Assembly: GCA_964566375.1 (NCBI GenBank)
Contig: CAZMKX010000002.1
Span: 1 to 40,471 of the forward strand
Reading direction: 5' to 3'
From: an uncultured Myxococcales bacterium
Lineage (GTDB): Bacteria > Myxococcota_A > UBA9160 > SZUA-336
Length of the DNA stretch: 40,471 bases
In this document: piece after piece, positions 32,446-40,471 of the stretch
Numbering within the stretch: position 1 is the first letter of the stretch
How the letters are laid out: the number at the start of each line of letters is the position of its first letter
Notes under the pieces: model-generated
Database searches by the model: none
What the model was told of the DNA's origin: nothing
What the model saw: the letters and a program-made list of their open reading frames with translations, nothing else
Program-made: the position numbers and the translations under genes

Positions 32446-33777
32446 TTGAGCCCGGCTCGGCAGACGCTTTCGGGCTGGGGGCGCTTCCCCGTGGTCGAGG
32501 GTCACGAGCGTGCGTCCGAAGACCTGCTTCGCGTCGCGCGTGGAAGCGCGCTCACGCGCGGGCTCGGGCGTTCCTACGGCGACAGCTCGCTGCCTTCTCG
32601 CGCCGACGCGCGTCTCGCGGGCTCCCGGCTCGCCGATCGGATCCTCTCCTTCGACCCCGAGAGCGCCATCCTCCGCGCCGAGGCGGGCCTTCCCCTCTCG
32701 GCGCTGAACCGCTTCGCGTTCGAGCGCGGCTTCGCGCCGCCGGTCTCGCCCGGCACACACTTCGTGACGCTCGGCGGAATGGTGGCCTCGGACGTCCACG
32801 GCAAGAACCACCACGTCGCCGGCTGCATCGGAGAGCACGTGCGCGCGCTGCGCATGCTCGTCGCCGACGGGCGGGTGCTCGAGGTGAGCGAGGCGTGTGA
32901 GCCGGAGCTGTTTCGCGCGACGCTCGGTGGCATGGGCCTGACGGGCCACATCCTCGAGGTCGAGCTCCGACTCGAGCGCGTTCCGTCCGCGTGGATCTAC
33001 TGCGAGAGCGAGCCCGTGCGCGATCTCGACGCGCTCGTCGGGACGCTTCGCGAAGCCGGCCGCGCATGGCCCTACACCGTCGCGTGGGCGGACGCCTCTC
33101 GCGCGCGGGGAGCGCTGGGACGCGGCTTCGTGACGAAGGCTCGCTGGGCGAGCGCAGACGAGGCTCCGCGTGCGACGCCCGTCGTGCGCGAGCGGCTCGG
33201 GGTTCCCTTCACGATGCCCGACTGGCTGATCGGCCGGTGGAGCGTGCGCAGCTTCAACGTCGCCTGGCAGCTGCTGCACGCGCGCCGGACGCGCGGCATC
33301 GTGCACCCGCAGACGTTCTTCTATCCGCTCGACGCGATCCGCGACTGGAATCGCCTGTACGGACCGTCGGGCTTCACGCAGTACCAGTGCGTGCTTCCGC
33401 TCGATCGCGAGCCCCGCGCCTACGCGCACCTGTTCGAGACGTTCGCGCGTCGCTGCGGCGCGTCCCCGGTGACGGTGATCAAGGACTGCGGGCCCGAGGG
33501 CAAGGGCGTGCTCTCGTTTCCGCGCCCGGGGATCACGATCGCGCTCGACGTGCCGATGCGCGGCGCCGGAACGCAACGGCTCGTCGACACCCTGAACGAG
33601 ATCACGATCGGGGCTGGCGGCCGGATCTACCTGGCGAAGGACGCGCTCACGCGACCCGAGCACTTCGCCGCGATGGAGCCGCGTCTGCCCCTCTTCCAGG
33701 AGATCCGCCGCAAGTGGGACCCGGACGGCGTGCTGCGCAGCGCGCAGTCGGTGCGGCTCTTCGGAGACACACCGTGA
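32446..33777 (+). CDS. dprE1: DprE1-like FAD-dependent polyprenyl-phospho-ribose 2'-oxidase
   Basis: Collinear motif matches to M. tuberculosis DprE1 (recalled sequence): LSGWGR, RGLGRSYGD, PGTHFVTLGGMVASDVHGKNHHVAG, ELFRATLGGMGLTGHI, FFYPLDAIRDWNRLYGPSGFTQYQCVLP, LSFPRPG, GGRIYLAKD, RRKWDP. TTG start at 32446. Confidence 0.85.
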   Translation: MSPARQTLSGWGRFPVVEGHERASEDLLRVARGSALTRGLGRSYGDSSLPSRADARLAGSRLADRILSFDPESAILRAEAGLPLSALNRFAFERGFAPPVSPGTHFVTLGGMVASDVHGKNHHVAGCIGEHVRALRMLVADGRVLEVSEACEPELFRATLGGMGLTGHILEVELRLERVPSAWIYCESEPVRDLDALVGTLREAGRAWPYTVAWADASRARGALGRGFVTKARWASADEAPRATPVVRERLGVPFTMPDWLIGRWSVRSFNVAWQLLHARRTRGIVHPQTFFYPLDAIRDWNRLYGPSGFTQYQCVLPLDREPRAYAHLFETFARRCGASPVTVIKDCGPEGKGVLSFPRPGITIALDVPMRGAGTQRLVDTLNEITIGAGGRIYLAKDALTRPEHFAAMEPRLPLFQEIRRKWDPDGVLRSAQSVRLFGDTP

Positions 33778-34511
33778 AGGTGGTCGTGCTCGGTGCGACG
33801 AAAGGCATGGGCCGCGCGCTCGCACGACGACTGGCGTCGCGCGGGGATGCGCTGTTCCTGCTCGGCCGAGACGAAGCCGAGCTCGCGCGCAGCGCGAGCG
33901 AGCTCGAGGTCCTCGGTGCGCCGAAGCCCGTGGGCTACGGCGTGGCGGATCTGGGCGCGCCGGAAGGCTTCGCGCGCGCGCTCGACGAGGCCGACGCCGC
34001 GCTCGAGCGCTTCGACGCCGTGATCGTGACGGCGGGTGACTTCGCGAGCCAGGAAGTGCTCGAGTCGGACGCCGGCCGCCTTCGCCGCCTGCTCGAGATC
34101 GACTACACCCACACCGTGCTGTTCTGCGAGGAGGCGCGAAAGCGCCTGATGGCGTGCGGCGGCGGAACGCTCTGCGTCTTCTCGTCGGTCGCGGGCGACC
34201 GCGCGCGCAAGCCGGTGATCCTGTACGGCGCGGCCAAGGCGGGTCTCTCGTACTATCTCGAAGGCCTCGATCACAAGTTCCGCTCCGCGGGACTGCGCAC
34301 CGTGACCGTGAAGCCCGGCTTCGTGCGCACGGGGATGACCGCCGGTCTGCAGCCGCCGCCGTTCGCGGGCGAGCCCGATGAGGTCGCGCGGCGCGTGCTG
34401 CGCGCGATCGACCGCGGCGCGCCGGTCGTGTACGCACCGCCGATCTGGGCGCTCGTCATGCTCGTGATCCGCGCGCTGCCGCGCGCCGTGATGCGACGGA
34501 TCGGGTTCTGA
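33774..34511 (+). CDS. dprE2: DprE2-like short-chain reductase
   Basis: The GTG start overlaps the dprE1-like stop (GTGA). VVLGATKGMGRALA (Rossmann), SSVAGDR..YGAAKAGL (S..YxxxK). The C-terminal tail VVYAPPIWALVMLVIRALPRAVMRRIGF parallels the DprE2 tail [28 protein letters not shown]. Only the last 245 codons of the 506-aa track ORF are credible. Confidence 0.8.
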   Translation: MKVVVLGATKGMGRALARRLASRGDALFLLGRDEAELARSASELEVLGAPKPVGYGVADLGAPEGFARALDEADAALERFDAVIVTAGDFASQEVLESDAGRLRRLLEIDYTHTVLFCEEARKRLMACGGGTLCVFSSVAGDRARKPVILYGAAKAGLSYYLEGLDHKFRSAGLRTVTVKPGFVRTGMTAGLQPPPFAGEPDEVARRVLRAIDRGAPVVYAPPIWALVMLVIRALPRAVMRRIGF

Positions 34512-34513
34512 GC

Positions 34514-35383
34514 GTGGTGACGCTTGCGCGCGATCTGTTCCTGCTCGCGAGGCCACGAGACTGGCTGAAGGGCGTCTTCGTGCTTCTGCCGGTGCCGTTC
34601 GCGCTCGCGACCGGCGCGCACCTGGAGCCTCTGCCCTTCGCGCTGGGACTTCTCGGCTTCTCGCTCGCGACCTCCGCGGTCTACACGCTGAACGACGTCG
34701 TCGACGTGGAGCTCGACCGCGCGCACCCGCGCAAGCGCGCGCGGCCCGTCGCAAGCGGCCGCGTCTCGCGGACCGCGGCGCTCGGCTTCGGGCTGGCGCT
34801 GGTCGCGCTCGGCACCGCCTGCGTGGCGGCCTCGGCGCGACCGACGGCGCTCGGGATCCTGGCGGCCTACCTCGTGCTCAACGTCTTCTATTCGTCGATC
34901 GGAAAGGCGATCCCCCTGCTCGACGTCTTCCTGCTCTCGTCCTTCTACGTGCTTCGGGTGCTGCTCGGCTGCGCGCTCCTGTCGGTGACCGCGTCGATCT
35001 GGCTCCTGCTCTGCTCCGCGTCCCTCTCGCTGTTCCTGGCGCTGGGCAAGCGGCGCGGTGAGCTCGGCGACGGGCTCGACCACCGTCAGCGGCCGAGCCT
35101 GGCCGGCTACGACCTCGCCTTCCTCGACCAGTCACTCGCGGTGATGGCCGCGGTCACCCTCACCTCCTACGCGCTCTACGCGGTCGAGACGGACGTGCTG
35201 GTGCCGGGACGCGAGTTCGCCTCGGTTCCCTTCGTGGTCTTCGGCGTTCTCGAGTGGCTGCGACAGGTGTACGTTCCCGGTCGCGGCGCCTCGCCCGTCG
35301 ATCTGCTCGCGAAGTCGCCGGCGCTGCTCGCCTGCGGCCTGGGGTGGGCGCTCGTGACGGTGTGGAGCGTCGGGCTGTTCTGA
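34514..35383 (+). CDS. UbiA-fold polyprenyl-phosphate phosphoribosyltransferase (Rv3806c-like)
   Basis: ARPRDWLKGVFVLLP, YTLNDVVDVELDRAHPRKRARPVASG (NDxxDxxxD + KRxRP, as in decaprenyl-phosphate 5-phosphoribosyltransferase), GKRRGEL. About 8 TM helices. The GTG start is 2 nt after the dprE2-like stop. Confidence 0.8.
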   Translation: MVTLARDLFLLARPRDWLKGVFVLLPVPFALATGAHLEPLPFALGLLGFSLATSAVYTLNDVVDVELDRAHPRKRARPVASGRVSRTAALGFGLALVALGTACVAASARPTALGILAAYLVLNVFYSSIGKAIPLLDVFLLSSFYVLRVLLGCALLSVTASIWLLLCSASLSLFLALGKRRGELGDGLDHRQRPSLAGYDLAFLDQSLAVMAAVTLTSYALYAVETDVLVPGREFASVPFVVFGVLEWLRQVYVPGRGASPVDLLAKSPALLACGLGWALVTVWSVGLF

Positions 35384-35391
35384 GTCCCGGT

Positions 35392-36579
35392 TCAGACTCC
35401 GCGCGTCGCGACGCGCGCCAGGTGATCGATCCTGCGCCGGAACTCGGTCTCGAAGTCACGCTCGCGCGCGAAGGCGAGCGCCTGGCGGGACAGCGTGGCG
35501 AGCCGCTCGCGGTCCGCGTCGAGCGCCCGGATCGCACCCGCGAGCGCACGATGATCGCCGATCCCCACCGATACACCGGAGGGTGTCATGCCGAGCAACC
35601 CCGCGAATGCCTCGTTCGCGTAGCCGGCGATCGGCACGCCGCAGGCGAACGTCTCCAGATACGTACAGGACGGATCGCCTTGCGGGTGGCAGCAGACGAA
35701 CAGATCGGCCTGTGTCGAGACGAACGGCACGAGCTCGGTCTCGAAGTCGAGCACGCCGCGGAGCTTCACGCGCTCGCCCAGGCCCTCCCGCTCGATGCCC
35801 TGCGCCAGCTCGCGCTCCAGCGGGCCACCGCCGCAGATCGAGAGCTCGAAGTCGCAGCCCTGCGCCGCCAGCTCGCGCGCGACGCGCAGCAGGTGATCGG
35901 CGCCCTTCATCCTGTTGAGGCGCCCGCTGAACACCAGGCGCAGGCGCCGCCGGGTGCGAAGCTCCTCGAGGCGGCGCTCGAGTGCCGCCTCCGCGAGCAT
36001 GAGCGAACGCGGCGTGCGCGTGTCGAAGAAGAGCAGCGGATCGGGCGAGAGCGAGCGATACGCGTGCCAGGTCGGCGTGCCGTTGCACTGGATCCCCTGC
36101 GCCATCCGGATGGCGGCGCGCTGTCGCCGTTCCAGATTCCATTCCCAGAGCGCGCGGCGCGCGCGCAAGACCGGGTTCGTGGTCTCCGCAAAGATGATCT
36201 GGATGCGCGTGCGCAGCGTGTACTCGGTGCCGAAGACGACCGGAATCCGGAGTGCGCGACCGATCCCGCTCACGTGGTTCAACTGGTCGGAGATGCCGCC
36301 GAGCACGACCGCCGCGCCCTTCAGCGTCTGCGCGAGCTCGGCCGAGCCGAAAGGCATCACGTGCACGCCGAAGCCGATGCTCGCGGGGTCGATCTCGACG
36401 TTGTCGAGGTTCGGCGAGAGCTCGGGATCGGGCTCGAGCACGGTCTCGACCGGGCCTCGCCAGAGCTCCGCGTACTCCTGCATCCCCGTGACGAACTTGC
36501 GCGTCATCACGACGCGCCCGCCCGGACGCGGCGTCGCGCGCAGGTTCGCCAACACGATCAGCGCGCCGTCGGCTGCCAA
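35392..36579 (-). CDS. Glycosyltransferase family 4/1 (GT-B)
   Basis: Start set at the TTG at 36579, 4 nt after AGGAGG and 23 nt downstream of the purF stop. LVFSGRLNRMKGADHLL.., GGGPLEREL, DLFVCCHPQGDPSCTYLETFACGVPIAGY (EX7E-like). The 903-aa track ORF is this gene fused in frame to a shadow frame across purF. Confidence 0.75.
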   Translation of the reverse strand: MAADGALIVLANLRATPRPGGRVVMTRKFVTGMQEYAELWRGPVETVLEPDPELSPNLDNVEIDPASIGFGVHVMPFGSAELAQTLKGAAVVLGGISDQLNHVSGIGRALRIPVVFGTEYTLRTRIQIIFAETTNPVLRARRALWEWNLERRQRAAIRMAQGIQCNGTPTWHAYRSLSPDPLLFFDTRTPRSLMLAEAALERRLEELRTRRRLRLVFSGRLNRMKGADHLLRVARELAAQGCDFELSICGGGPLERELAQGIEREGLGERVKLRGVLDFETELVPFVSTQADLFVCCHPQGDPSCTYLETFACGVPIAGYANEAFAGLLGMTPSGVSVGIGDHRALAGAIRALDADRERLATLSRQALAFARERDFETEFRRRIDHLARVATRGV

Positions 36580-36602
36580 GAGTCCTCCTGCGCCGGAAGC
36601 GG

Positions 36603-38069
36603 CTAGCGCGTCTCGCCGCCGGCTCCGCCCGCGTCGTCCGGCTCGGCCGGACCGTCGAAGAGCGCGAGCTGCGGATCGGCCACGGCGACCTCGTCGACCG
36701 GGATCACGTACTCGCCGGAGAAGCAGGCGTCGCAGAAGCCGTGCTTCATCGACGCCTCGATCCGGCGCAGCGCCGCGAGCGACAGGTACGCCAGGCTGTC
36801 CGCGCCGATCATCCCGCGAATCTCCTCGACGCTGTGGTTCGCCGCGATCAGCTCCGCGCGCGTGGGCGTGTCGATGCCGTAGTAGCAGGGGCCGGTGGTC
36901 GGCGGCGAAGACACCCGGACGTGAACCTCTCGCGCACCGGCGCCGCGGAAGAGCGTGACGAGCTTCGAGAGCGTCGTGCCACGCACGATCGAATCCTCGA
37001 CGACGACGAGCCGTTTGCCCGCCACCATCTCGCGGATCGGATTGTGCTTCACGCGCACGCCGAAGAGCCGGATGGATTGCTCCGGCTCGATGAACGTGCG
37101 CCGCACGTAGTGGTTGCGGATCAGCGCGTTCTCGTACGGTATCCCGGACGCCTCGGCGTAGCCGAGGGCCGCCGCAGCGCCCGAATCGAGCACGGGCACC
37201 ACCATGTCGGCCTCGACCGGGTTCTCGCGCGCGAGCTCGCGGCCGAGCTGCTTGCGTGTCTGGTAGACGTTCGCACCGAACACCAGCGAGTCGGGTCGCG
37301 CGAAGTAGATGTGCTCGAAAACGCACAGCTTCTCGGCGGCGCGCGGCAGCGGCTGCACCGAACGCAGGCGCCCGCGCTTGATGATCACGATCTCGCCCGG
37401 CTCGACGTCGCGCTCGTACACCGCGCCGATCAGGTCGAACGCGCAGGTCTCGCTCGCCACCACCCAGGCCTGGCCGAGCCGTCCGAGCGAGAGGGGCCGG
37501 AAGCCGTGCGGGTCGCGCGCCGCCACGAGCACATCGTCGACCAGGAAGACCGCCGACCACGCGCCGCGCACGCGCGAGCACATGTCGCCGAGTCGCTCCT
37601 CGAGCGTGCCGCGCGCCCGCGCGAACAGGTGCACGAAGACCTCCGAGTCCATCGTGCTCTGGAAGATCGAGCCGTGCCCTTCCAGCTCCGCGCGGATCGC
37701 GTCGGCGTTGGTGAGATTGCCGTTGTGCGCGACCGAGATGTTGGAGCGCCCCGTGTTCGCGAGAAACGGCTGCGCGTCGCGCAGGTTGCTCGAGCCCGCA
37801 GTCGAGTAGCGCACGTGGCCGATCGCGATCCGGCCCGGCAGCTTCGCCAGCACGTCCTGGGAGAAGATCTCGGCGACCAGTCCCATGCCCTTGTGGATGT
37901 GGCTCTCGCCGCCGTCGCGCGTGACGATCCCGGCGGACTCCTGGCCGCGATGCTGGAGCGCGTACAGCCCCAGGTAGGCCAGATTCGCCGCCTCGGGGTG
38001 GCCGGCAATGCCCATGACTCCGCACTCGTCGCGGAAGCGATCGGGCCTGTCGGCAATCTCGTCGCTCAT
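36603..38069 (-). CDS. purF: Amidophosphoribosyltransferase (B. subtilis type: propeptide and 4Fe-4S cysteines)
   Basis: [23 protein letters not shown] (propeptide + Ntn Cys), [60 protein letters not shown]. The ATG at 38069 overlaps the purL stop (ATGA). Confidence 0.95.
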   Translation of the reverse strand: MSDEIADRPDRFRDECGVMGIAGHPEAANLAYLGLYALQHRGQESAGIVTRDGGESHIHKGMGLVAEIFSQDVLAKLPGRIAIGHVRYSTAGSSNLRDAQPFLANTGRSNISVAHNGNLTNADAIRAELEGHGSIFQSTMDSEVFVHLFARARGTLEERLGDMCSRVRGAWSAVFLVDDVLVAARDPHGFRPLSLGRLGQAWVVASETCAFDLIGAVYERDVEPGEIVIIKRGRLRSVQPLPRAAEKLCVFEHIYFARPDSLVFGANVYQTRKQLGRELARENPVEADMVVPVLDSGAAAALGYAEASGIPYENALIRNHYVRRTFIEPEQSIRLFGVRVKHNPIREMVAGKRLVVVEDSIVRGTTLSKLVTLFRGAGAREVHVRVSSPPTTGPCYYGIDTPTRAELIAANHSVEEIRGMIGADSLAYLSLAALRRIEASMKHGFCDACFSGEYVIPVDEVAVADPQLALFDGPAEPDDAGGAGGETR

Positions 38070-40279
38070 CCCAGAGCCTCCGGCAGCGTACGGGCCCAGA
38101 CATCGTGCGCCTCGGCGATCGAGACGTCGACCCCGGGTGCGATCAGGATGCGCTCGCCGCCCGTTCTTCCGATGCGCGCGGCGGGGACGCCGTGACTTCG
38201 CGCCAGGGCGAGCAGATCGTCGGCAACTCCGGGCGAGCAGGAGACGACCGCGCGGCTGGCGGACTCGGCGAAGAGCGCGAGCTCGGGCCGGCCCTCGACG
38301 TCGCCCAGCGCGACCTCGACGCCAGTTCCGGAGCGGATCGCGCACTCGGCCAGCGCGATCGCCGCCCCTCCCTCCGAGCAATCGTGCGCGGAGCGCAGCA
38401 GCCCGCGCGACGCCGCGTCGACCAGGAGTGCGTGCAGGCGCCTCTCTGCGGCGAGATCGAGCGCCGGCGGTGCGCCGCGCTCGAGGCCGTGCCGCACCGC
38501 GAGGTACTCGCTCGCGCCGAGCTCCGGCAGCGTGCGCCCGAGCAGGATCACGGCGTCGCCGGCGGCGCGGAACGCCGCCGGCACGGCGCGCGTCACGTCC
38601 GCGAGCAGGCCCACCATGCCGATCGTCGGTGTCGGAGGAATTGCGCCCTCCCCGGCCGTCTCGTTGTAGAAGCTCACGTTGCCCGAGACGATCGGCGTGC
38701 CGAGCGCTTTGCAGGCCTCGCCCATGCCGCGGATCGCTTCGGCGAACTCCCACATGCACTCGGGTCGCTCGGGGCTGCCGAAGTTCAGGCAGTTCGTCGC
38801 CGCGAGCGGGCGCGCTCCCGTGACGGCGACGTTCCGCGCGGCCTCCGCCACCGCGTGCATCGCGCCCAGGTACGGGTCCTGGGCGCAGTAGCGCGGGTTG
38901 CAGTCGGTCTTCAGCGCGAGGCCGCGCTCGGTCTCCGGGACGCGCACGACCGCCGCGTCGCCGCCGGGCCGAAGCACGGTCGACGACTGCACGAGCTGGT
39001 CGTACTGGCGATACACCCACTCACGCGAGCACAGGTTCGGCGAGCCGAGCAGTGCGAGCAGCGCTCCGGACGGATCGCGCTCGAGCGGCAGCGAGGCCAG
39101 GTCGAGCTGCTGTCGCGCTTCGAAGTCCGCGGGCCGCGCGCGCGGGCGCTCGTAGACCGGCGAGCTCGCCGAGACCGGGTCGACAGGGATGTCGACGACC
39201 GTCTCGCCGTGCCAGCGAACGCGCATGCGGCCGTCGTTCGTCACGCGGCCGACCAGCGCCGCATCGAGATCCCACTTCGCGAAGACGTCCAGGATCTCCT
39301 GCTCGCGACCGGCCTCGGCGACCAGCAGCATGCGCTCCTGCGACTCCGAGAGCATCATCTCGTAGGGCGTCATGCCGGTCTCGCGCTGCGGCACGCGGTC
39401 GAGGTCCATCTCGATTCCCGTGCCCGAGTGCGAGGCCATCTCGAACGACGAGCAGGTGAGCCCCGCCGCGCCCATGTCCTGGATGCCGACGATCGCGCCG
39501 GTCTGCATCGCCTCGAGGCACGCCTCGAGCAGGAGCTTCTCCGTGAAAGGATCGCCGAGCTGCACCGTCGGACGCATCTCCTCGGTGTGCTCGTCGAACT
39601 CGGACGAGGCGAGCAGGCTCGCGCCGTGAATTCCGTCGCGGCCGGTCTTCGAGCCGACGTAGATCACGGGATTGCCGATTCCGGCGGCCTTCGCGAGGAA
39701 GATCGCGTCGGCGCGGGCGATGCCGACGTTCATCGCGTTCACCAGGATGTTCTTGCGGTAGCGCGGATGGAACGTGACCTCGCCGCCGACCGTCGCGCAG
39801 CCGAAGCAGTTGCCGTACGAGCCCACGCCGGAAACCACGCCGCGCACGAGGAAGCGCTGGTGTGGATCGTCGAGCGGACCGAAGCGGAGCGAGTCGAGCG
39901 ACGCGAGCGGCCGCGCGCCCATGGTGAAGATGTCGCGCAGGATCCCGCCGACGCCCGTCGCCGCGCCCGCGTGCGGCTCAACGAAGGACGGGTGGTTGTG
40001 GCTCTCGATCTTGAACACGCACACGTTGCCGTCGCCGATGTCGACCACGCCCGCGTTCTCGCCCGGGCCCTGGATCACGCACGCGCCCTTCGTCGGCAGC
40101 GTCTGCAGAAGCTTCTTGCTCGACTTGTACGAGCAGTGCTCCGACCACATCACCGAGAAGATGCCGAGCTCGGGGTACGTGGGCTTCCGGCCCAGGATCT
40201 CGAACACGAGCTTCGCCTCGAGCTCGGACAGCCCGTGCTCGCGAGCGAGCTCGAGGGTGACTTCGGGGTCCTTCTTCAT
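38066..40279 (-). CDS. purL: Phosphoribosylformylglycinamidine synthase subunit PurL (FGAM synthase II)
   Basis: 737 aa. [63 protein letters not shown]. Full-length PurL pattern. Confidence 0.95.
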   Translation of the reverse strand: MKKDPEVTLELAREHGLSELEAKLVFEILGRKPTYPELGIFSVMWSEHCSYKSSKKLLQTLPTKGACVIQGPGENAGVVDIGDGNVCVFKIESHNHPSFVEPHAGAATGVGGILRDIFTMGARPLASLDSLRFGPLDDPHQRFLVRGVVSGVGSYGNCFGCATVGGEVTFHPRYRKNILVNAMNVGIARADAIFLAKAAGIGNPVIYVGSKTGRDGIHGASLLASSEFDEHTEEMRPTVQLGDPFTEKLLLEACLEAMQTGAIVGIQDMGAAGLTCSSFEMASHSGTGIEMDLDRVPQRETGMTPYEMMLSESQERMLLVAEAGREQEILDVFAKWDLDAALVGRVTNDGRMRVRWHGETVVDIPVDPVSASSPVYERPRARPADFEARQQLDLASLPLERDPSGALLALLGSPNLCSREWVYRQYDQLVQSSTVLRPGGDAAVVRVPETERGLALKTDCNPRYCAQDPYLGAMHAVAEAARNVAVTGARPLAATNCLNFGSPERPECMWEFAEAIRGMGEACKALGTPIVSGNVSFYNETAGEGAIPPTPTIGMVGLLADVTRAVPAAFRAAGDAVILLGRTLPELGASEYLAVRHGLERGAPPALDLAAERRLHALLVDAASRGLLRSAHDCSEGGAAIALAECAIRSGTGVEVALGDVEGRPELALFAESASRAVVSCSPGVADDLLALARSHGVPAARIGRTGGERILIAPGVDVSIAEAHDVWARTLPEALG

Positions 40280-40471
40280 CGCTTCTCCCGCGTCGCCACG
40301 CAGGCGGCCAGGAACGAGCGCAGCAGCCGCGCGCCGTCGGTGGAGCCGAGCAGCGGATCGACCGCGTGCTCGGGGTGCGGCATCAGCCCCATCACGTTCC
40401 CGGCATCGTTGACGACGCCGGCGATGTCGTCGGTCGAGCCGTTCGGGCTGCCGCCGACGTAGCGGAACGCG
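40276..40471 (-). CDS. purQ: Phosphoribosylformylglycinamidine synthase glutaminase subunit PurQ (C-terminal part only)
   Basis: Reverse translation to the window edge gives ..[57 protein letters not shown]. This is the PurQ C-terminus, including the catalytic HPE. Its stop overlaps the purL ATG (ATGA). Not in the ORF track because it is truncated by the window. Confidence 0.85.
   Translation of the reverse strand, partial: AFRYVGGSPNGSTDDIAGVVNDAGNVMGLMPHPEHAVDPLLGSTDGARLLRSFLAACVATREKR

Noticed and set aside
36580-38103. Upstream 500 codons of the 903-aa ORF 35392-38103, which would make a giant fusion protein with the GT4 domain.
   Set aside because: That part is R/G/A-rich and overlaps purF in another frame. 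A TTG with an AGGAGG SD at 36579 gives a normal-sized GT4 protein starting just after the purF stop.
1-40471. Scan for tRNA/rRNA genes, CRISPR repeats, tandem repeats, and defence or toxin-antitoxin modules.
   Set aside because: Intergenic space is small, and none of it shows cloverleaf-like tRNA features, regularly spaced direct repeats or small paired ORFs. Nothing could be supported.

Overview
Very GC-rich bacterial DNA; third codon positions are almost all G/C, which fills all six frames with long R/A/P/G-rich shadow ORFs. I separated real genes from shadows by protein composition and motifs, and re-set several starts to internal ATG/GTG/TTG codons that have Shine-Dalgarno sequences or overlap the upstream stop. 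Taxon cannot be assigned from the sequence alone.

Positions 1-36579 are one large glycan (EPS, O-antigen, capsule or protein-glycosylation) locus. The purQ-purL-purF housekeeping operon bounds it on the right; the left edge is open, ending in a partial GT2 gene.

Locus content:
- a Wzx-like flippase and a Wzy/O-antigen-ligase-like membrane protein
- five GT-A/GT-B glycosyltransferases plus one orphan GT-B-like protein
- one GT-C (DUF2723-like) membrane glycosyltransferase
- three methyltransferases (class I, FkbM-type, NDP-sugar C-methyltransferase type)
- a nucleotide-sugar cassette: PIG-L deacetylase, UXS-like SDR, UDP-glucose dehydrogenase, DUF4910 aminopeptidase-like protein, glucose-1-P cytidylyltransferase
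- a GMC flavoprotein/SDR pair
- a secreted PKD + beta-helix protein
- an IS1-like insertion with identifiable 19-bp inverted repeats

Most notable observations:
1. A translationally coupled DprE1/DprE2/Rv3806c-like triad, which is the polyprenyl-phosphate D-arabinofuranose donor pathway. The only GT-C enzyme in the window is its plausible consumer.
2. Six paralogous membrane-anchored AlgJ/AlgX-like SGNH proteins scattered through the locus, with no MBOAT/AT3 partner in view.

Not seen in the window: tRNA, rRNA, CRISPR array, initiating phosphoglycosyltransferase, Wzc/Wza-type export genes.
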